Of a stretch of 64,000 bases of DNA, positions 47,616 through 64,000 are shown one piece after another. The notes beneath the pieces were generated by a model that worked only from the letters and a program-made list of their open reading frames with translations, made no database searches and was not told the origin of the DNA. How positions within the stretch are numbered: position 1 is the first letter of the stretch; each line of letters opens with the position of its first letter. Source of the DNA: Scenedesmus sp. PABB004 (taxonomy: Eukaryota); assembly GCA_014905635.1 (NCBI GenBank), contig JABVCE010000011.1, forward strand, positions 620,001 through 684,000. Direction: 5' to 3'. A program made the translations under genes and the position numbers.

Positions 47616-49479
47616 CTAGACTCCGCCGCCCACCAGTGGCCTAGGCTGCACCACGCCACACCTGAGCTTGGCAGGCAGCGCGTGGCCGGCCGCGCGCGCC
47701 GCCACCGCCGCATGAACCCACATCGAGAGCTCGCCCTCATCCGTCACCGCCACGTGCACGTCCCGCACGAACTGCAGCGCGCGCAGCCACGCCTGCACGT
47801 CTTCTGGCGCCAGCTCAAACGCAAACGGCTCCAGCCAAAGATAGCGCAGCCAGGTCATGCGCGCCAGGGCCATCAGCACGGCAGGCGTGCACGCGCTCCC
47901 CTCCGGCACGCGCAGGATCAGGGCGGTGACCTGCGTCGCCGCCACCTCCGCGTCGTCGCTGGCTGACAGACCCAGCACGCGCAGCTCCTCGAGGCCGGCC
48001 AGGCCGCGCACCGCCACGCGCTCCGCCTGGGCGATGGCGCCGGCCTCAAAGCTGGGCCCCGCCCATTGCTCGCAAGCAAGCAACTCAAGGTCCACCAGCC
48101 TGCTGCAGTGCGCGGCCAGCCCCTGCAGCGTGGCGGGCGGCCATGCACCAATCTGCACCATCCTGCGCAGGCAGGGGAACGCCTCAAACGGCACCGGGCC
48201 CCTGCCGCGCAACTGAACCAACGACGGTCAGGCTGCGCTGGCGCTGCAAGCCTCACCGCCGCTGCCCTCCACCCAGCTGCCCTCCAGTAGGTGAGCTGGC
48301 TCAAGCTGGCCAGGCACGGCAGCGAGGCGCGCGACAGCTGTTCAATGACGAGCTTCTGCAGGCCCGTCAGCGCCGCCAGCGCCGCCAGGAGCTGCGGGTC
48401 AGAGCCCTGCTCGACGAAGACGTCCAGGGCAGTGAGCCGCGTGCACAGCGCGAGCGCCGCGCACTCCGCCTCGCCCAGCGCGGGCTCCACAAGGGTGGCG
48501 CTGTAATAATCAAAGCTGGGATGCACGACAAAGTGGAGGCTCCGCAGGCCGGTGCAGGCTTTAACGGCGTCCAGACCCTGGTGGTCCCACACCAGAGGGA
48601 GCCGTAGCTCCGTGAGCGCCCCTGGGAGGCCGGCCAGCAAGCCGTAGTCCTGCGTGTCGTGCAGAGTGCCCACATGAACGGCGAGGCTCGCTAGGCCGCT
48701 GAGGGCGGTCAGCGCCGACAGGTGGTGCAGCGAGACGGTTGGGTGAACGCAAAGGTCGAAGCGCACCGCGACGCGCGTGAGCTGCGTGGCCAGGCCGACC
48801 GCCCGCCACGCGGCGTCGCTGTCCTCCCAGCTGCTGCTGAGCGCCAGATCCAGCGACCGCAGGCCTGGCAGCTGTGCTGCCACTGCCGCGATCGCCGGTG
48901 CAACGACCGCCGGCTGGCTGGCAGCGGCGCTGGCCGCCGCCTCCAGGCGCAGCGACGTCAGCCGCGGCAGCCTGCATGAGCAGCGGGCGGGCAGGTCGGG
49001 CGGCGCGGTGGGTGAGCCGCCTTCCACTGCTGAGTCCCCTGGATAGCTGCTCGCCGCACGCACGCGCGCCACCCGCAAGACACCGACACGCCCCGGCCGA
49101 CAGCGCGCGCGCCGCCCGCCGCTGCTCACCTCGCCAGTGCCGGCAGCAGCGTCGCCAGCGGCGCGCCGGCGTCGCCGGGACTGGTCAGAGCGAAGGCCAC
49201 GTCGCGGCAGCCGGTGAAGCGCTGCCCCAGGCGGGCCAGCGGGGCTGCGTGCGCGCAGTCGGCGGCGCGCAGCGACAGCGCCGCTGCGCTGCTCTGCAAG
49301 AGCCGCCGAGTCTCCCTGCAGCCCAGCGCGAACGCGGAAGCGCTGGCTTTGCTCAGCTTGGGCAGCAGCGCCTTCACCCACACGCCATCGTTCAGCACCG
49401 CGAGCGCGCGCAGCAGCGGCGAGCCTTCGTCATCTTCGGCCGGCGGCGCACCGCCGTCAGTGCGCGAGCTGGCCGCCAT
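47616..49479 (-). pseudogene. F-box-like/LRR-like family copy 4; frameshift plus in-frame nonsense codon
   Basis: Exon 1 49479-49130 is intact. Exon 2 from 48971 has a 1-nt deletion at about 48288, TGC>TGA at 48230-48228, a short in-frame deletion (AEVAATQ) and a decayed tail. Confidence 0.85.
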
Positions 49480-49904
49480 GGCGCCTGCCAGAGCGCTGCG
49501 GGGCGTCGGAGCGCTGCTGGGGCACGGGGGCGCGGAGGTGGCTGTGCGCGGCGCGCGCGCGCAGCTGCGGCGGTGCAGAGGTTTAAGCCGCGGCGGGCCC
49601 GCGCCGGGGCTCTGCGTGGCCCTGCTGCTCCGCTGTTACACTCCAGCAGACCGACAGAATGTACACAGAGGGACGCGCGCCGCGGCCCGCCGCCACAGCC
49701 GCCGGCCGGCGGCGGGCAGCGGCGGCAGCGCGCGCGCGCGCCCTCTCGCAGCCCCACGCGCGCCGCGGGCTTATTGCCGCCGCCGGCGCCCCGCCCCGCC
49801 GCCGCGCTCAAAAATCCGCGCGCACGCCCCCCGCGCGCGCGCGCGCCGCAACGCCGCTCCCGTCCCCGCCCACCACCACGCCGCCGCCCCGCGCGCACGC
49901 GCGC

Positions 49905-54478
<4,574 letters not shown>

Positions 54479-55517
54479 CCTGGCGCGCGGGCGGGTGCGC
54501 GGGCGCGTCTGCGTGGCTGTCTCGGCGGTAGGAGCGGCGTCCGGCGGCGCGCGGAGAGTGGCGTGGCGGGAGGGCGCGCGTGGACACCTCGCAGAGCGTC
54601 CGATGCCCAGACCCTGCACCCCCGCATGACGCCTCCGTGCCCCGGCCTTGGACGCGCCCCGCGCCCGAGGCACCACGCCACGCGCCAAACACGCACACGA
54701 GGCGTGCAGCGCGCCGCAGCACGGCCGAGAAGGGGGCCCTCCTACGCGCCCGCTCCCGGCGCGCCCGCGGCCTCGCGGGCCCGATCCCTTACCGCCCAGG
54801 CGCCCCAGGTCCGGCGCCAGCCCCAGGTGCGACGCGCCGCCGCAGCAGGCGACGTGCGGGCCAGGCACCCTCGCGCCCGCGCGCGTGCGCCCCGCAGCGC
54901 GCCAGGCGGGCGCGCCCGCGCACCGCGGTGCCGGGGCGATCATGAAGGCGGCGCGGGCGCGGCCGTTCGCGCAGCGGGGTGTGCGGGGCCGGGCCGAGGG
55001 GGGTGCATCGGCTGTGGGGCCGCCCCCTCCCGGGCGCACAGCGGCCGGGCGGGGCGCCCCCCCGGCACCCCCGCCCCGCCCACACCGCGGGGCAGCGCCC
55101 GCGCGGGCGCAGGCCATGCACGCAGCCCGACCCGGCGCACGCCCGCCCCGCCCGCCGCTGCTGCTGCCGCCGCCGCGGCGCCCGCAGGCGCCGGCGCGCT
55201 CGCAGCGGGCGGCCCCGGCGGCCGCGCCCAGCAGCAGGCGGCGGCGGCGCGCGGCGGCCCGGCGCGGACGCCGCGGCAGCAGCCCGGCCGCGGCGCCAGG
55301 CAGCGCCGCACCCGGCGAGCAGCAGCAGCAGCAGCAGCGGCAGCGCCCGCCCGCCCGCCCGCCCGGCGCGCGAGCGAGCGAGCGCGCGAGCGAGCGCCCG
55401 CGGCGGCCGCGCCCGCGCGCGCGCCCGGACGCCCCCGCCCCGCGCGCCCGCCCCGGCGGCGGCGCAGCGGGCGGCGGCGGCGGCGGCGCAGCAGCGGACG
55501 CAGCGACGGCGGCAAGC

Positions 55518-59006
<3,489 letters not shown>

Positions 59007-59846
59007 GCGCGGCCGCTGCGCCCGCGGCGCGTGCGCTGCCGCGCGCGCGCGCCGCGCTGCGTGCTGTGCGGGTGGGCTGTACTTGCGGGGGGCGGCGGCT
59101 CGGCGTGCCGCGGGCCGCTGCGTGTTTGCACAACCCAATCCAGCTCCCTGTCGGCTGTGTTCCGCCAAGGGAGACGCTCCGGTCTGCGTGCGAAGGGGGG
59201 CACGTGCCTGCGTCCGTCGGCCCCGCGCCGGCGCGCGCGAGCGCCCGGGCAGCGCGGCGCCCTCTGCTCGCGGGGCAGGCCGGCTGCGGTCGCCGGCGCG
59301 GACGCCGGCCTCCACGCATGCCGTGGCGCGGGCGCCGCGCTTTTGCAAACTTGGGGGTGCCTGGCGCCGTTTGCTTTGTATCACCATGTAGCCTCCCGCG
59401 CTGCGGTGGTGGGTCTGGTCTGGTTGGGCCAGGCGGCGGGGCGGCCGCCGAGAGCCGGCGGCGGCGCGCTCGACGATCGGCGCCGGCGCGCAGGAGGGCG
59501 TGGTGCGGCGGTGAGCGGTCGCAGGGGGCGTTGTTTGTTTACCTGTGCAGGCCGCGTCCGCACGCGCAGCCACGCCGATCAGGCAGCGCGCGCGTCCACC
59601 GATCACCGCTCGAACCACCAGCGCAAACGTGCCAACTGCTTACGCCCCTCGGAGCTCCGTGCTTGCTGCCGCGCCAGCCGCAGGCGCGCAGCCGCAGGCG
59701 CGCAGCGCACACGCCCCGACAGGACACGCGCCGCGACAGCACACGCGCCGCACACAGCCTCAACGCGCCGCCGCCTGCAGCGCCCGCACGACCCACCCAC
59801 CAGCGCGCACAAGCCAGACGCGAGTCCCACACGCCGACGCGTCGTC

Positions 59847-61802
59847 TCACTCCTCCTCCCACTCGTCCTCGCTGCCCGACCAGACGCCGTCGGCCGGTGG
59901 CGCGGGCGCCTGCACCGCCTGCACCACTTTCACCACAAACCAGTCGGGCCGCGCCGTGCCAGGCACGTGCGCCGCCGCCGCCGCCGCGACCGCCCAAACC
60001 GCGTGCTGGCCCTCACCCGCGACCGACACGTGCACGTCCCGCACGAACTGCAGCGCGCGCAGCAACGCCCGCGCGTCTTCTTGTGCCAGCTCGAGCCCAA
60101 ACGGCTCCAGCCAGAGATAGCGCAGCCAGGTCATGCGCGCCAGGGCCATCAGCCCGGCAGGCGTGCAGGCGCTCCCCTCCGGCACGCGCAGAATCAGGCC
60201 GGTGACCTGTGTCGCCGCGGCCAGCGCCGCCACCTCCGCGTCGTCGCTGGCTGACAGACCCAACACGCGCAGCTCCTTGAGGCCGGCCAGGCCGCGCAGC
60301 GCCGCCACGCGCTCCGCCTGGGCGCTGGCGCCTGCCTCAAAGCTGGGCCCCGCCCAGAGCTCGCACCCACACAGATCAAGTGCCGTCAGCCCGCTGCAGT
60401 GCGCGGCCAGCCCCTGCAGCGTGGCGGGCGGCCACGCACCAATCTGCACCACGTCGTGCAGGCACCACGTCGTGCTGGGGAACGCCTCAAACGGCACCGG
60501 GCCGCCGCCCCACAGCTGAACCACCGACTGGCAGGCTGTACTGGCGCCGCCGACCCCGCCACCGGCACCCGCCACCCAGCTGCCCTGCAGCTGAGTGAGC
60601 CGGCTCAAGCTGGCCAGGCACGGCAGCGAGGCGCGCGAGAGATGTTCGATGGTGAGCCGCTGCAGGCCCGTCAGCGCCGCCAGCGCCGCCAGGAGGCGCG
60701 GGTCGGAGCCCTGATGCACCAGGATGTTGAGAGAGGTGAGCCGCGTGCACCGCGCGAGCGCCGCGCACTCCGCCTCGCCCAGCGTGGGCCAGACAAGGGT
60801 GCCGCTGTCATAATCAACGCTGGGATGCACCACAAACGCAAGGCTGCGCAGGCCGGTGCAGGCGCCGATGGCGTCCAGGCCCCGACGGTCGAACATGAGG
60901 GGCAGCACCAGCTGCGTGAGCGCCGGGAGGCCGGCCAGGAAGCCGTAGTGCTGCGCGACGTGCGGAGTGCCCACTCGAACATCGAGGCTCGCCAGACCGC
61001 TGAGGGCGGTCAGCGCTGACATGTGGCTCAGCGTGACGGTTGAGCGCAGCTGCACATCGAAGCGCGCCGCGACGTGTGTGAGCTGTGCCGCCCCACCGAG
61101 CGCCTGCCACGCGGCGTCGCTGTCCTCCCAGCTGCTCCCAAGCACCAGCTCCAGCGACCGCAGGCCTGGCAGCTTCGCTGCAGCTGCCGCAATCGCCGGT
61201 GCCACGACCGCCGGCTGGCTGGCGGCGGCGCTGGCCGCCGCGTCCAGGCGCAGCGACGTGAGGCGCGGCAGCCTGCAGGTGCAGGGGCGGGCAGGCGGGG
61301 CGGCGCGGTGGGTGAGCCGCCCTCCGTATGGAGTCGTCTGGACAGCTGCTTGCCGCACGCACGCGCGCCACCCGCAAGACACCGACACGCCCCGGCCGAC
61401 CACGCCCCGGCCGACCGCGCGCGCGCCGCCCGCCGCCGCTGCTCACCTCGCCAGCGCGGGCAGCAGCGTCGCTAGCGGCGCGCCGGCGTCGCCGGGACTG
61501 GTCAGGACGAGGGCCACCTCGCGGCAGCCGGTGAAGCGCTGTCCCAGGCGCGCCAGCGGGGCCGCGTGCGCGCAGTCGGCGGCGCGCAGCGACAGCGCCG
61601 CCGTGCTGCTCTGCACGAGCCGCCGCGCCTCCCTGCAGGTCAGCGCGAACGCGGGCGCGCTTCCAGCGTCCTCCCGCAGCTTGGGCAGCAGCGCCTCCGC
61701 CCACACGCCGTCGTCCAGCGCCGCGAGCGCGCGCAGCAGCGGGGACGCCGCTGCGTCGGGCGGCGGCGCCGCGCCGCACCGGGCGCGCGCACGCGTCAGC
61801 AT
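59847..61802 (-). CDS. F-box-like/LRR-like family copy 5 (intact, 2 exons)
   Basis: Exon 1 61802-61447, GT-AG intron, exon 2 61272-59847 open. Confidence 0.8.
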
Positions 61803-62403
61803 GGCGCCTCCTGGAAGAGCGCTGCGAGGCGTCGGGGCGCTGCCGGGGCGCGGGGCGCGTAGTGGGCTGTGCGCGGCGCGCGCGGGCGGCTGCGGCGCGC
61901 GCGGGCGGCGGCAGCGGCGGCGGCGGCAGGGGTTCAAGCCGCGGCTGCCTGCCGATGCCGCTCTGTGTGGTGGCCCTCAGCTGCATATGTAGCCCGGCGG
62001 CGGTCGGTCGCGGCTGGCGCGGCAGCACGGCGGGTTGACTGGCCACGCTCGCAGCGCGCTCGCCTGGCCGCGGTCGGCCCGGCAGCTCGCCACGCACTGC
62101 GGGACGCAGCAGCAACACCTTTGCAACAGCAACTGCGGCAGAGATCCTGGGGGCGCGCGCCAGGCCGGCACGCGCGGCAAGGGCGGCCGCACGCGCAGCA
62201 CGGGAGCAGAGAGAGAGCACGCACGCGGGCACCGCACAGCCTCAACACGCGCAGCTGCCAACACCCCGCGAACCACAACAGCCTCTGGAGGTCAACAAAG
62301 CACTGCGTCGCCTGCTCTGAGCCTCGTCACCGCCGCCGCCCCGTCCTGCTGCCCCCTCCTCATCCGACGAGGCGCGGCCGGCTGTCGCCAGCGCCTGTGC
62401 CAT

Positions 62404-64000
62404 CTACTCCACCAGGCCCACCTCAAAAAAGCCCGGCGCCTCGCCAGCGCCACGCGCCGCAACCTCCGCAGCCGCCCACACCGCGCGCTGGCGCTCACAC
62501 GGCGCCAGCACGTGTGCATCGCGAGCAAAGTGCAGCGCGCGCAGCCACGCCTCTGCGTCCTCCTCGCACAGCTCGAGGTCAAGCAGGTCCACCCTGACAG
62601 TGCGCAGCCAGGTCATGCGTGCCAGGGCCATCAGCCCGGACGGTGTGCACGCGCTCCCCTCCGGCACGCGCAGGACCAGGGTCAGGACCTGCGTTGCTGT
62701 GGTCAGCGCCTCCACCTCCGCGTCGTCGCTGGCAGAAAAGCTCAGCCAGCGCAGCCGGTTGAGCCCCGCCAGGGCGCGCAGCGCCGCCACGCGCTCCGCC
62801 TGGGCGCTGGCGCTGGCGTCAAAGCTGGGCCCCGCCCACTGCTCGCACCCACACAGATCAAGCGCCGTCAGCCCGCTGCAGTGCGCGGCCAGCCGCTCCA
62901 GCATGGTGGGCGGCCACGTGCCGCGCTGCACCGCGTCGCGCAGCCTGGGGAACGCCTCAAATGGCACCGGGCCGCTGCCCCACAGCTGCACCACCGACGG
63001 GCAGGCTATGAGTGCGCCGCCGACCCCGCCGGCAGCATCCTCCACCCAGCTGCCCTGCAGCCGAGTGAGCTGGCTCAAGCTGGCCAGGCACGGCAGCGAG
63101 GCGCGCGACAGCTGTTCGATGGTGAGCTTCTGCAGGCCCGTCAGCGCCGCCAGCGCCGCCAGGAGGTGCGGGTCGGAGCCTTGGTCCACCGGGACGTCCA
63201 GGACGGTGAGCCGCGTGCACCGCGCGAGGGCTGCGCACTTCGCCTCGCTCAGCGTGGGGTTCGAAAAGGTGCCGGACTCGCTCCGGCCTGAGTAGGCGTA
63301 GAACAGAAGGCTCCGCAGGCTGGTGCAGGCGGCGATGGCGGGCAGGCCTGGGTGGTCCGGCATCAGGGGCAGGTCGAGGTGCGTGAGCGCCGGGAGGCCG
63401 GCCAGGAAGCCGTAGTGCTGCGCATCGGCAATGTAGTTGGCGTCGACGACCAGGCTCGCCAGGCCGCTGACGGCGGTCAGCGCCGACAGGTGGCGCAGCG
63501 TGACGGTTGAGTGCAGCCGCGAATCGAAGCGCACCGCGACGCGCGTGAGCTGCGTCGCCAGGCCGACCACCCGCCACGCGGCGTCGCTGTCCGCCCAGCT
63601 GCTCCCGAGCACCAGCTCCAGCGACCGCAGGCCTGGCAGCGCGAGGTGCACCATTCCAAGCACGGGCGCCATGAACGCTGGCTCGCTGGCGGCGGCGCTG
63701 GCCGCTGCATCCACGCCAGGCATTGCAAGGTGGATCAGTCCAAATCCAAACATTGGCACCATGAAAGCTGGCTCGCTGGCGGCGGCGCTGGCCGCCGCGT
63801 CCAGGCGCAGCGAGGTGAGCCGCGGCAGCCTGCAGGTGCAGAGGCGGGCGGGCGGGGCGGGTGCGTGGCTGGTGAGCCGCCTTCCACTGCTGAGTCTCCT
63901 GGACAGCTGCTGGCCACACGCACGCGCGCCACCCGCTGGGACGCCGCCACGTCCCGGCCGACCGCGCGCGCTTGCCCGCCGCTGCTCACCTCGCGAGCGC
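62404..64000 (-). CDS. F-box-like/LRR-like family copy 6 (most of exon 1 is beyond the window; internal duplication of about 30 aa; stop before the acidic tail)
   Basis: Exon 2 63829-62404 is open. Donor gag|gtgagc lies near 63989. In tandem with copy 5. Confidence 0.7.
   Translation of the reverse strand, partial: RSRGEQRRASARGRPGRGGVPAGGARACGQQLSRRLSSGRRLTSHAPAPPARLCTCRLPRLTSLRLDAAASAAASEPAFMVPMFGFGLIHLAMPGVDAAASAAASEPAFMAPVLGMVHLALPGLRSLELVLGSSWADSDAAWRVVGLATQLTRVAVRFDSRLHSTVTLRHLSALTAVSGLASLVVDANYIADAQHYGFLAGLPALTHLDLPLMPDHPGLPAIAACTSLRSLLFYAYSGRSESGTFSNPTLSEAKCAALARCTRLTVLDVPVDQGSDPHLLAALAALTGLQKLTIEQLSRASLPCLASLSQLTRLQGSWVEDAAGGVGGALIACPSVVQLWGSGPVPFEAFPRLRDAVQRGTWPPTMLERLAAHCSGLTALDLCGCEQWAGPSFDASASAQAERVAALRALAGLNRLRWLSFSASDDAEVEALTTATQVLTLVLRVPEGSACTPSGLMALARMTWLRTVRVDLLDLELCEEDAEAWLRALHFARDAHVLAPCERQRAVWAAAEVAARGAGEAPGFFEVGLVE

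Noticed and set aside
62401..62406. TAG before the acidic tails of copies 3, 4 and 6 as read-through or a reassigned codon
   Set aside because: TAG ends intact copy 2, I saw no in-frame TAG in the conserved genes, and the tail of copy 4 is otherwise decayed, so simple nonsense mutation is enough.

Overview
This is eukaryotic nuclear DNA with extreme GC content and many short spliceosomal introns, most consistent with a chlorophyte green alga (it carries plastid-targeted FtsH2 and TerC; a Sphaeropleales-like origin is only an inference). Most long ORFs in the six-frame track are GC-driven shadow frames, so genes were assembled across introns by eye and exon boundaries are approximate. Single-copy genes in order: Link-like/sushi-repeat protein (partial), RMI1-like OB-fold protein, mTERF-like protein, AAAP amino-acid transporter, ankyrin-repeat protein, CEP70, a small transit-peptide protein, PrimPol, a coiled-coil protein with a C-terminal hydrophobic segment, TerC, oligopeptidase B with a fused UDP-sugar-pyrophosphorylase-like N-terminal segment, FtsH2 and a KDM4-type JmjN/JmjC demethylase. 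The most striking structure is a locally expanded family of six two-exon F-box-like/LRR-like genes between these genes. They share an intron position, flanks and an upstream motif, are mosaics of one another with patchwise variable blocks, are at different stages of decay, sit tail-to-tail with conserved genes, and two carry a piece of the RMI1 3' end.
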